From a virus (lineage: Duplodnaviria > Heunggongvirae > Uroviricota > Caudoviricetes): 52,473 nucleotides of DNA. Within the stretch, counting starts at the first letter, position 1. Every line of letters begins with the position of its first letter. The stretch lies in the IMG/VR virus record IMGVR_UViG_2541047750_000003, positions 1 through 52,473 of that record; one strand, written 5' to 3'. Of the stretch, positions 9,157 through 17,445 are shown piece by piece. The notes beneath the pieces are model-generated. The model had not been told where the DNA came from and did not search any database. It worked only from the letters and a program-made list of their open reading frames with translations. Both the position numbers and the translations under genes were made by a program.

Positions 9157-9212
9157 AATTAACGAAGATGATTTTTTATTAAGTATCATCAAGGATATAC
9201 GGAGATCAGATT

Positions 9213-9503
9213 ATGAGCGTTACAATTATATATGGTAAATGTGATAGCAAAATGAATGCCAGGGAACGCAGAAGGATAAAAAGAGAAAACGAAAGAAAAT
9301 CATCACCTGCAATCAATAAAACAGACAATGTGGATAAAGCTATTCGATTTGCAAACGAGGAAAGATGCAAACCAAATAGCATTAAAGAACGTCGCAAAGG
9401 ATCAGTAAAATGGTATACGGAAAATGAAAGCGGCAGCTACTACCACGCAACGCAACCACGCCATTTAGGGGAAAAACCCCTGGATAAAGTCCGCTACCAT
9501 TAA
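9213..9503 (+). CDS. N: N-type transcription antiterminator (arginine-rich motif)
   Basis: 96 aa; MSVTIIYGKCDSKMNARERRRIKRENERK resembles the recalled P22 N (gene 24) N-terminus and ARM; first gene after promoter and leader. Confidence 0.65.
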   Translation: MSVTIIYGKCDSKMNARERRRIKRENERKSSPAINKTDNVDKAIRFANEERCKPNSIKERRKGSVKWYTENESGSYYHATQPRHLGEKPLDKVRYH

Positions 9504-9649
9504 TACAAAATGTAAACATCCGGAGATGACATTATGGTTATTCAGGCGCTTCAATTCAAACTGGCAGTAGCGGAAATGCTTCACGATGCCGAAATGTGGA
9601 GCGCCGCGAATAAAGCCTTATACATAGTGTTAACAGCACGGGAGATTAA

Positions 9650-10294
9650 ATGGTGAAAACAGAGTTACATAAAAAGCTATGGACGATTCAGCAAACGCTG
9701 AACGCGCCGAAAAATCAGCGTAATAATTTTGGTGGATATAATTACAGGTCGGCGGAGGATATTTTAGAGGCGGTTAAACCACTGCTTCAAAATATCACGC
9801 TGACTGTTAGTGATGAAATTGTCCTGATCGGCAATCGCTATTATGTGAAAGCAACGGCGACGCTAAGCGACGGTGAAGACGTAATAGCGGTAACTGCTTA
9901 TGCCAGGGAGGAAGAAAACAAGAAGGGTATGGACGCCAGCCAGCTAACAGGAGCAACATCAAGTTACGCGCGTAAATATGCTTTGAACGGTTTATTCTGT
10001 ATAGATGATGCTCGCGATCCTGATACTGATGCTTACGCGAAGCAGACAGGCCAGCAGCCGCGACAACAGAAAAACCCACCAAAACAACAACCGCAGCAGA
10101 AGAAAGCGCCGCCAAATCCTGATGAAGTATTAGCACGTTTCTGTGATGCAGCAGCGAAAGCGCAGGACGCTAACAAGCTGCGTGAAATATTTGGCAAATG
10201 CTGGAAATTACTACCGGAAGGATCGGAACATCGAATCAAGGCAAAAGATGTTTATGACATCCGGGTCGCAGAGCTTAACGGGGAGATGGGTTAA
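9650..10294 (+). CDS. erf: ERF-family single-strand annealing protein
   Basis: 214 aa; LNAPKNQRNNFGGYNYRSAEDILEAVKPLL...IVLIGNRYYVKATATLSDGE...AREEENKKGMDASQLTGATSSYARKYALNGLF matches recalled P22 Erf. Confidence 0.9.
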   Translation: MVKTELHKKLWTIQQTLNAPKNQRNNFGGYNYRSAEDILEAVKPLLQNITLTVSDEIVLIGNRYYVKATATLSDGEDVIAVTAYAREEENKKGMDASQLTGATSSYARKYALNGLFCIDDARDPDTDAYAKQTGQQPRQQKNPPKQQPQQKKAPPNPDEVLARFCDAAAKAQDANKLREIFGKCWKLLPEGSEHRIKAKDVYDIRVAELNGEMG

Positions 10295-10713
10295 TGAGTT
10301 TGAATTCAATTACGCTGGGCGGGAATATCGGAAACGACATGGAAGTTCGCTACACGCAAAACGGTAAAGCGATTGGTAGTTTTCCGTTAGCTGTAACGAA
10401 TGGCTACGGTGATAACAAGCGGACAATGTGGATCACTTGCCTGGTATTTGGTGAGCGTGCGGAAAAATTAGCGCCACATATCCGCAAGGGTGGAAAAATA
10501 GTGGTAAGCGGTCGCCTGGATGTTCGGCAATATGACCGGAACGACGGCACGAAGGGGACTGCGGTAGAAGTGGCGGTTAATGAATTTGAATTCATGAATG
10601 TTAACCAACAAGGCCAGCAGCAAGGACAGCAGCAGAAAGCGCCGCCGCAGCAGCAGAATAATAACGGGAATAATCCGCCTCCGATGGACTTCGACGACGA
10701 TATTCCTTTTTAG
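10294..10713 (+). CDS. ssb: single-stranded DNA-binding protein
   Basis: 139 aa; OB-fold N-terminus, Gln/Pro-rich linker, acidic tail MDFDDDIPF. Confidence 0.9.
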   Translation: MSLNSITLGGNIGNDMEVRYTQNGKAIGSFPLAVTNGYGDNKRTMWITCLVFGERAEKLAPHIRKGGKIVVSGRLDVRQYDRNDGTKGTAVEVAVNEFEFMNVNQQGQQQGQQQKAPPQQQNNNGNNPPPMDFDDDIPF

Positions 10714-10729
10714 AATCAATGTGTTAGCG

Positions 10730-11008
10730 ATGAGTGATTATCTAAAACCGCCACCGCAACCACGAACAAAAGAGCAAGTATTAAAAGAAGCCCGCGATCA
10801 AATCGATCGCGGGCTTTTTTTATGCGGCACGGCAGCGGATCGAATGGCGAAAAGATTTAGTGACCTGTACGCGAAGCAAATCTGGTTTGACAACTGGCGA
10901 GCGAGTTCTTACCCGCTACAGAAAACTGATGATATGCAGTGGCCTGAATATGTTGATCCACGAATGCGCAAATATCGCGGGCGTATGGGCAAGGTTATTA
11001 ACGATTAA
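10730..11008 (+). CDS. hypothetical early protein (92 aa)
   Basis: Start refined to in-frame ATG (MSDYLKPP...) after the ssb stop; track ORF 10598..11008. Confidence 0.4.
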   Translation: MSDYLKPPPQPRTKEQVLKEARDQIDRGLFLCGTAADRMAKRFSDLYAKQIWFDNWRASSYPLQKTDDMQWPEYVDPRMRKYRGRMGKVIND

Positions 11009-11020
11009 TGAGGTATTACC

Positions 11021-11272
11021 ATGACAGCTACAACATTAAGCGAAAATAACGGGCGCGGTTTTCAGGGGACTGCGGAAACCTCAGACGATGGTGATGTATT
11101 TGTCGAATTCGGTGGCGGTAACTATGAATTCGAAACGTCGGCGGGCTGGCACGATAAATGGCCTTTCCCGACGCGCAAGGAATTAAGCGAACGTAAATCA
11201 TTTGGCGAAGATGCCGAACGGCTGGCTAATAACAAATGGCTTGATAAGTTCATTGCGGAGGGTGGCAAATGA
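11021..11272 (+). CDS. hypothetical early protein (83 aa)
   Basis: ORF in tightly packed co-directional array. Confidence 0.4.
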   Translation: MTATTLSENNGRGFQGTAETSDDGDVFVEFGGGNYEFETSAGWHDKWPFPTRKELSERKSFGEDAERLANNKWLDKFIAEGGK

Positions 11273-11376
11273 AAAAGATTGCAATGTTATCCGCCGCCGT
11301 TGCTGTGGCGGCTGTTTACCTTAGTGCGTCACTCTATATCACTGTGGCGATTGTTAAGCTGATTACTGACATGTGA
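11269..11376 (+). CDS. small membrane protein (35 aa)
   Basis: MKKIAMLSAAVAVAAVYLSASLYITVAIVKLITDM; ATGA overlap with upstream stop; below the track size cutoff. Confidence 0.4.
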   Translation: MKKIAMLSAAVAVAAVYLSASLYITVAIVKLITDM

Positions 11377-11383
11377 GGTTTAT

Positions 11384-11500
11384 ATGCGAGTCGACAAAAA
11401 TACTGTCAAGGCTGTTTTCTGTGTGGTCGCTTTCGTCTTCATGGTGGTAATAGCTGGCGCGACTGCGGCAATTATTAGCTATATCGGCGGGGTGATGTGA
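11384..11500 (+). CDS. small membrane protein (38 aa)
   Basis: MRVDKNTVKAVFCVVAFVFMVVIAGATAAIISYIGGVM; stop overlaps next start (ATGA). Confidence 0.4.
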   Translation: MRVDKNTVKAVFCVVAFVFMVVIAGATAAIISYIGGVM

Positions 11501-11772
11501 TGCCATTCATGAATATCAAAACGGGTGATCTGGTCGTGCTCCCGGAATACCGTAAAGACCCTGGTCTGGTTGTGCTGAATAAGACATATAACGATCTTGA
11601 GCGTCCGATCCTGGTTAAATATCTGGACGGAACAATTATAGAGCCGCGCTTCTTTGACAAGATCGAACTGAAGGCCCGTAATGTTCGCGTTAAGCCGTTC
11701 CGGGCTTATGTTGAAGACCACTGGCGGAAATTGTTCGCCGGACTGAATGGGATGTTCGGCGTATGGCTATAA
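11497..11772 (+). CDS. hypothetical early protein (91 aa)
   Basis: ORF with ATGA coupling. Confidence 0.4.
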   Translation: MMPFMNIKTGDLVVLPEYRKDPGLVVLNKTYNDLERPILVKYLDGTIIEPRFFDKIELKARNVRVKPFRAYVEDHWRKLFAGLNGMFGVWL

Positions 11773-11954
11773 AATTGGTAAAAGTTAAAGATTTAAAAGG
11801 CGGCGAAAAGATCCGTACGTGGTATGGGTATAAATTTATCATAGCTGCCTTTTCTTTTGGGCCTGGTGGTCAGGTAACATTATTTGACGAGGAAGATGAT
11901 GAGGTGGGTCAATGGCATCTTGAACAATATGTTGAGGTGTTAAATGAAAATTAA
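11763..11954 (+). CDS. hypothetical early protein (63 aa)
   Basis: ORF overlapping neighbours in operon. Confidence 0.35.
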   Translation: MAIKLVKVKDLKGGEKIRTWYGYKFIIAAFSFGPGGQVTLFDEEDDEVGQWHLEQYVEVLNEN

Positions 11955-12276
11955 ATTCCATAAAGCATATGATAGCGAAACAAACAAGCTATCACTATTT
12001 ATCGAATTCGAACGCCGGATCGTGGTTGTGCCCTGGGCGCGGCGCTTCAATGACGCTGGCGGACGTAGACAATTCGCGGTCGATATGCTGTTACGCGGCT
12101 GCGGCCTTATGCGTCCGCTATCTGATTTAAAACGAATGATGCCGGGATCGTTCGGTCAGATTGATGAAATAGAAATAAGCCCGGAAGAACTGAAACGGGA
12201 GCGTGATTTATTCCTTTCAAGCGAAGGAAACCCGTTTAATTCAGAAACTGAAATGAAATGGCATCACCCACTATAA
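11944..12276 (+). CDS. hypothetical early protein (110 aa)
   Basis: ORF in operon. Confidence 0.4.
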   Translation: MKIKFHKAYDSETNKLSLFIEFERRIVVVPWARRFNDAGGRRQFAVDMLLRGCGLMRPLSDLKRMMPGSFGQIDEIEISPEELKRERDLFLSSEGNPFNSETEMKWHHPL

Positions 12277-12289
12277 AAGGATAAATATC

Positions 12290-12910
12290 ATGAACGACAT
12301 CAAAACAGCTTACTCTCTCGGTAATGAAGGTATGTTGATCACTCGCTATACAGATGATGCAAACTTTCACGAAGTGGAAATTAAAGATTATCACGAAGTA
12401 TTGAAAGATATGGAAGCTGGCGCGTATGACGCTGATTTGAATCTGGCGCTACAGGTTGTTGATATTGTGATGGGTGCGTCAATCCGCGATTACGTGTCTT
12501 TAAGTATGGAAGAAAAAACATCGGTAGCGCGTTATGTATTCTCTCTTACTTTTGTGAAGCGCATGGAGGAAGAATTCGGACGCGTACCAGTGCCGGAAGA
12601 GGTTGATCCGCTCGCGTTCGGAAGTGCTGTCATTTTCCCGTTGAACAAGGAACAGCTTGGTAGTGTTTCACTGCATTCTATGCGCGGCCTGATGAAAAAT
12701 ATCTTTGAGGTTAAGATGTTGCAGAAATGCATTGAGGAAGGCCACAAAGAGGAAGAAGTAAAAGCGCTCATGCCATTGTTTTACGGTGAAATGGTTGGCA
12801 ATGATATGCGTGCAAATGATTTCGGCGTACAGGCGGCTATCGCTGTGCTTAATGACGCACGGAAAAACGCACAGCCGACGCCTGAACAGGGAAAACGTGT
12901 ACTGCATTAA
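12290..12910 (+). CDS. hypothetical early protein (206 aa)
   Basis: Long ORF, no motif recognised. Confidence 0.5.
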   Translation: MNDIKTAYSLGNEGMLITRYTDDANFHEVEIKDYHEVLKDMEAGAYDADLNLALQVVDIVMGASIRDYVSLSMEEKTSVARYVFSLTFVKRMEEEFGRVPVPEEVDPLAFGSAVIFPLNKEQLGSVSLHSMRGLMKNIFEVKMLQKCIEEGHKEEEVKALMPLFYGEMVGNDMRANDFGVQAAIAVLNDARKNAQPTPEQGKRVLH

Positions 12911-13009
12911 CCGAGTAATTCCGATCACATAAATATACATTTTGTATTGTGATTGTATATCCGTTTTGTAAGCCGAAATCAAAAGGTTTACGGTGCGGAG
13001 GAAGCAAAA

Positions 13010-13228
13010 ATGGAACGCGAATTGATGCTTTATTGCGTAGAAGGTGGCGTAGGTCACGATGCCTACGTCGCCGGGAAAGACTATCCAGCCGATGAAGTGC
13101 TTTCTAATATGCACTTCAGAGAAAATGAAAGCCAGGTGTCTGTGTGGAAACGGTGTATTGATGGTATTGAGGTTGTAAGTATCGAACGGTATTTAGGCAC
13201 GTTTGATTACGGTGTTATTGAGGCTTAA
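13010..13228 (+). CDS. hypothetical early protein (72 aa)
   Basis: Start refined to ATG after GGAGGAAG RBS (track ORF 12953..13228). Confidence 0.4.
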   Translation: MERELMLYCVEGGVGHDAYVAGKDYPADEVLSNMHFRENESQVSVWKRCIDGIEVVSIERYLGTFDYGVIEA

Positions 13229-13326
13229 TTATGGACGATACATTGTTTTATATGTGCTGTTTCTGGGGTTTTATTGCCTTATACCTGTTTATCAGGTGGT
13301 TTATTGAATACCATATGAGGTAATGT

Positions 13327-13521
13327 ATGGAACAAGAAACTGATTATCGAATACCTGATAGCCTAAAATTAGTTGGCATTGGTTTCGGGTGTAGATTTGT
13401 ATCTGACGCAAAAGGAGCGATTTATTTAATACGTCTTATTGATGGCGTTCAACATATAAGGAGATTAGGAATTTACATCAAAGCATTCAGAAGAGGTTAT
13501 TTAAAAACTCATGAAATTTAA
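13327..13521 (+). CDS. hypothetical early protein (64 aa)
   Basis: ORF in operon. Confidence 0.35.
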   Translation: MEQETDYRIPDSLKLVGIGFGCRFVSDAKGAIYLIRLIDGVQHIRRLGIYIKAFRRGYLKTHEI

Positions 13522-13714
13522 ACATTACATGGAATGGAAAATTCCAGAAGCAGCAACAAAGGCAGCGCCAGGAAATTTTTCTGGCGTTTATTTTTATATG
13601 GATGGCAAATGGTATTTCGGCAGCAGGCCGGATCACTACTATCAAGAAATATGCAAGCCTCACGTATGGGATATTAAAGAGCGCGTGAAAGGCGGGGTAA
13701 TTGAGGACGTTTAA
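13511..13714 (+). CDS. hypothetical early protein (67 aa)
   Basis: ORF in operon. Confidence 0.35.
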   Translation: MKFKHYMEWKIPEAATKAAPGNFSGVYFYMDGKWYFGSRPDHYYQEICKPHVWDIKERVKGGVIEDV

Positions 13715-13715
13715 A

Positions 13716-13952
13716 ATGCTTAAGAGCTTTTTTAACTGGTTGGGGGTGTGGCTTTTGGCTACGCTTTTTGTTTTCCTGGCGGCCCTGACTGTTATCGGTG
13801 TTATTATGCTGGGTGCTATGTTTATTACGTGGTCGCTTCCTGAATTTAACGACATTGGGAATATTCTTTTTGCAGCCCGCGCTTTATTGGCTGTTAGCGC
13901 ATTCATTGGTTTTTGCTGGACTGCCGCGCCGGATTGGACTGACACATGGTGA
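13716..13952 (+). CDS. two-helix membrane protein (78 aa)
   Basis: Start refined to MLKSFFNW...; two long hydrophobic stretches. Confidence 0.4.
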   Translation: MLKSFFNWLGVWLLATLFVFLAALTVIGVIMLGAMFITWSLPEFNDIGNILFAARALLAVSAFIGFCWTAAPDWTDTW

Positions 13953-13956
13953 TCCT

Positions 13957-14190
13957 ATGGCCTTATTCAATATGTCAGAGCCGCAATTTAACGCCGTAAA
14001 GACTGCCGCCCGCGCCGCGCTTTCGGCCTGCAAAGCGGAGGTAGAGAAGAACGGCTACAGCGATAAAGCCACGCGGCTGATATTAGATAAGCATTATCGC
14101 AAGGTCGCCCCGCTAATCAGTATTGAGCGTTTTGTGTGGTTGGTGGGGTATCTGAATAACCGCTGGGGAACAGATCAGGATTATTTCTAA
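13957..14190 (+). CDS. hypothetical early protein (77 aa)
   Basis: Start refined to MALFNMSEPQ (track ORF 13798..14190). Confidence 0.35.
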   Translation: MALFNMSEPQFNAVKTAARAALSACKAEVEKNGYSDKATRLILDKHYRKVAPLISIERFVWLVGYLNNRWGTDQDYF

Positions 14191-14199
14191 GGGGGCGTA

Positions 14200-14739
14200 A
14201 TGAAAAATGATTACGGCGGCAGCCATACGCCGAAAGAAATAAAGGACTTATGGCAAACGCCAAAACCCGTTTTTAGAGGAATGGATCGGGAATTCGAGTT
14301 CGTCGCGGATGTGGCGGCAAACAAGGAAAACGCATTAATCCCGAGATATATAACCGAAGAAATGGACACGCTCCATTATCCGTGGGGAGCGGTGGCGATG
14401 CCTGGTGAGTATGTCTGGATGAATCCGCCATATTCTAATCCGGGACCATTCGTTGATAAGGCGGCGCTTGAACATCAACGAAATCACATTGGCTGTGTAA
14501 TGCTATTGCCCGCTGACATTTCTGTTAGCTGGTTTATGAACGGCGTGGAGACGGCAAACGAATGCCGATTAATCACGCGCGGGCGGCTGGCGTTTATCAA
14601 TGCTGCAACAGGGAAACCAGTAAGCGGGAACAATAAGGGGAGCTTGTTCTTGATCTGGCATCCACGATGCAGACATGAATGTATTTTCACGCAGATAACA
14701 CGTAAAGAGCTATACGCGAGAGGCGCAAATAATGACTAA
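14200..14739 (+). CDS. phage Dam-like N6-adenine DNA methyltransferase
   Basis: 179 aa; catalytic motif WMNPPYS (DPPY/NPPY class); size and layout typical of phage Dam MTases. Confidence 0.6.
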   Translation: MKNDYGGSHTPKEIKDLWQTPKPVFRGMDREFEFVADVAANKENALIPRYITEEMDTLHYPWGAVAMPGEYVWMNPPYSNPGPFVDKAALEHQRNHIGCVMLLPADISVSWFMNGVETANECRLITRGRLAFINAATGKPVSGNNKGSLFLIWHPRCRHECIFTQITRKELYARGANND

Positions 14740-15244
14740 GGCAGCAGATTTATTAAGACTTGCAGCAGAAACCATAGAGCAAAGAGGTAAGCAAAACGGC
14801 TACGACAAAAAAGAGGAAAAATCAGCGCCAAAAATAGCCACTATTTACAACGCTAAGAAGGGGGCAGATTTAACCACGCTTGATGTATGGGATCTGCTAA
14901 TTTGTCTCAAGGAGGCGCGTTTAGAGGCTATTTTGAGCAATAACAGCGATCCGACAGACACACTAATTGATTTAATTAGCTATAACGCGCTAAAAGCTGA
15001 GCAAATATTAACGGAACGTGAGGAAGAACAAAGAAAGAAACAGGCTGTTTTTGATCTCCCTATCAGCGGAGGGATAAAACTTTACTCTGATATTTCAGTG
15101 CCTGACCCGTCGATTATTCCTGGGAAAATAATTCCTACTGTGAAGTTTAACGGTGAGGTCGCTAATTGGCTTGATTTGAAGTTTGACAGATCAGAATGTA
15201 TTCATGATAAGAGGTACGATCCAAATGGAAAGGGTGACAATTGA
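14732..15244 (+). CDS. hypothetical early protein (170 aa)
   Basis: ORF overlapping the MTase stop. Confidence 0.45.
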   Translation: MTKAADLLRLAAETIEQRGKQNGYDKKEEKSAPKIATIYNAKKGADLTTLDVWDLLICLKEARLEAILSNNSDPTDTLIDLISYNALKAEQILTEREEEQRKKQAVFDLPISGGIKLYSDISVPDPSIIPGKIIPTVKFNGEVANWLDLKFDRSECIHDKRYDPNGKGDN

Positions 15245-15728
15245 CAGGTTATTAGCCTGCGTTTATGTCGCCGTTTTCGTGATTATCAATCTTATTGTTA
15301 ACCATTGCGGCCCGTGGGTGATTCCGATCACCACGGTAGCCGCAGTGTGTGTCAATATGATGATCCGTGACTTTCTGTTATATGACGGCGGCCTGAAATG
15401 GTCGGCTACAACATGCGCCGCCGCTGGCGCAATCACGGTGCTGATAAATTACGACGCCGGAATGGTGGCGATCGCGTCATTCGTCGCGGTTGTTTCCGGT
15501 GCGCTTATTTCTGGCGGCGTTTACCGGGTTCTACCTGGTGATTTCGATTCCAAACGCTGGCCTGCAAATATAGCGTCCGCCATTGGCGATGCGTTAATTT
15601 TTCCCACGCTATCGTTTATGGCATTTATGCCGGAAATATCAGCTATTCAATTCATCTCAAAAATGGCAGCGGTAACGGTGATCACTATCATCATGCGCCG
15701 CTATTTCACGTTTGAGGGTAGAAAATGA
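15225..15728 (+). CDS. multi-pass integral membrane protein (~167 aa)
   Basis: Four to five hydrophobic helices; start uncertain (track ORF 15183..15728); family not assignable by eye. Confidence 0.4.
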   Translation: MERVTIDRLLACVYVAVFVIINLIVNHCGPWVIPITTVAAVCVNMMIRDFLLYDGGLKWSATTCAAAGAITVLINYDAGMVAIASFVAVVSGALISGGVYRVLPGDFDSKRWPANIASAIGDALIFPTLSFMAFMPEISAIQFISKMAAVTVITIIMRRYFTFEGRK

Positions 15729-16489
15729 GCGGGCTTAGAAATTGGGTTATCTGGTCGCTGTACGACGGAAGCGGGTACGCCGTTAAAGATTGGGCGGAAG
15801 CTGGTTATAAATGCTATTGCTTCAACTATGACGGCGCTAATCACGGGGATTATGACGGGGTAAAAATAATTCATCCAAATATTGAATATGTTAACGTATG
15901 GATTGACAGCCATTTCCTGGTAATGTTCTCCCCTGAATTGTCTGTTTATCCAGATCCTGACATTATCTTGGGCTTTCCTCCATGCGACAATCTCGCCGTT
16001 TCAGGCGCTCGCTGGTTCGCTGATAAACGGAAAAAAGACCCTGACTTCCAGGTGAAGGCGGCGCATAACGCAAAACTGGTAGAAAAACTGGCGAATATGC
16101 ATAACGTGCCGTGGATGGTGGAAAATCCGGTGGGCGCACTGTCAACGTTATGGCGTAAACCGGATTTTATCTTCAATCCGTGCGCTTACGGTGGCTACCT
16201 GCCGGAAGATGATAAGCATCCCGCTTTCCCGGAATACATTGCCGACCGCGACGCCTACACGAAGAAAACTTGTATTTGGTGCGGGAATGGATTTAAGCAG
16301 CCGCTATTCCGTCCTGTGCCGATGCCAGATGAATGGGAAGACAGTAAGCAGCACGCGAAGTTAGGCGGAAAATCAAAGCGAACAAAGATGATCCGCTCAC
16401 TAACGCCGCGTGGCTTCGCCCGTGCTGTATTCCTGGCTAACGACCGGGCCATCAATCGTACTACGCTCAACCGCGTTTTGCCGGACTGA
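15725..16489 (+). CDS. short C5-cytosine DNA methyltransferase-like protein (254 aa)
   Basis: Motif I-like SLYDGSGY, motif IV-like GFPPCDNLAVSGAR (compare GFPCQxFSxAG), motif VI-like VENPVGAL. Confidence 0.45.
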   Translation: MSGLRNWVIWSLYDGSGYAVKDWAEAGYKCYCFNYDGANHGDYDGVKIIHPNIEYVNVWIDSHFLVMFSPELSVYPDPDIILGFPPCDNLAVSGARWFADKRKKDPDFQVKAAHNAKLVEKLANMHNVPWMVENPVGALSTLWRKPDFIFNPCAYGGYLPEDDKHPAFPEYIADRDAYTKKTCIWCGNGFKQPLFRPVPMPDEWEDSKQHAKLGGKSKRTKMIRSLTPRGFARAVFLANDRAINRTTLNRVLPD

Positions 16490-16511
16490 AGTTTACAAAA
16501 TGGCGTCATTG

Positions 16512-16527
16512 TGTGATGAATGTCACA
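16512..16527. promoter_or_regulatory. CRP-consensus-like palindrome TGTGA-N6-TCACA
   Basis: tgtgatgaatgtcaca matches both CRP half-sites; lies between inverted TACAAAATGG motifs upstream of the NinG operon. Confidence 0.35.
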
Positions 16528-16648
16528 TAATGGCGCTTTGCACCTTGTTAGCACGTATCCATTTTGTATACTTCAAGCAAACAAAATGCTCTTTAAAAAT
16601 CCGGCAGCGCTGAAATGCGTAGAAATCACCTGAAAAGGAGAGAGCATT

Positions 16649-16825
16649 ATGCCTTTTGATAATTACCAATGGCATGACGACTATGAACGAGAAAGCGTTA
16701 TGCGTGCAATGTGCAATGTATGCAGCACGAAGAAAGGAGGCTGTAACGAGTGCAACGAATGCTTAGAACATTGGCTAAGGGCCGGACACGCCGAAAGGCT
16801 GAACGAAACAGAGAATCAAAAATAA
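16649..16825 (+). CDS. small Cys-rich (zinc-binding-like) protein (58 aa)
   Basis: MPFDNYQWHDDYERESVMRAMCNVCSTKKGGCNECNECLEHW...; AAAGGAGAG RBS; below track cutoff. Confidence 0.45.
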   Translation: MPFDNYQWHDDYERESVMRAMCNVCSTKKGGCNECNECLEHWLRAGHAERLNETENQK

Positions 16826-16839
16826 TCGGGGTGGTTTTT

Positions 16840-17445
16840 ATGCAAAACCCTAAAAAACCCATAAGACGCCGTTGCAAGTGCTGCGGCGTTTTTTTTGAGC
16901 CTAAATATCATAATCAAACGTGGTGCAGCGATGAATGTCTGGAAGAACTGAAGTTTGACCAGCTATGCCGCGACCGTGAAAAGGCTATGAAGGCTATGGA
17001 ACGGAAGAAACGCCGCGATAGCCAGCGGGAAGAACGCAACCGGAAGCGGAAACAGTTAAATCCGCGCAGCTACTGGATCAAGCAAGTTCAAAACGTATTC
17101 AACGCCTATATCCGCGAACGTGACGCGCGCTTGCCGTGTATATCCTGCGGGACTTACTACGGTGAGCAATGCGGGTGGGATGCGGGCCATTACAGGACGG
17201 TTGCCGCCGCAGGACACCTTCGCTTTAACGAGGATAATTGCCATAAACAATGCAGGCACTGCAACCAGACATTAGACGGAAACATAGGAGGGTATCGCCC
17301 GGCGCTAATTCGAAAAATTGGCCTCGCCATGGTGGTAGCTCTGGAGAACAACAACGATACGCATAAATGGACGATTGCAGAATGTAAGGAGCTAATAAAC
17401 ATCTATCAGGCGAAATTGGACGCCTTAAGGAGAAAGGTAGCATGA
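16840..17445 (+). CDS. ninG: NinG/Rap-like recombination protein
   Basis: Start refined from track ORF 16750; RRCKCCGVFF...WCSDEC and CISCG...GHYRTVAAAGHLRFNEDNCHKQCRHCN match the NinG Cys/His pattern. Confidence 0.7.
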   Translation: MQNPKKPIRRRCKCCGVFFEPKYHNQTWCSDECLEELKFDQLCRDREKAMKAMERKKRRDSQREERNRKRKQLNPRSYWIKQVQNVFNAYIRERDARLPCISCGTYYGEQCGWDAGHYRTVAAAGHLRFNEDNCHKQCRHCNQTLDGNIGGYRPALIRKIGLAMVVALENNNDTHKWTIAECKELINIYQAKLDALRRKVA

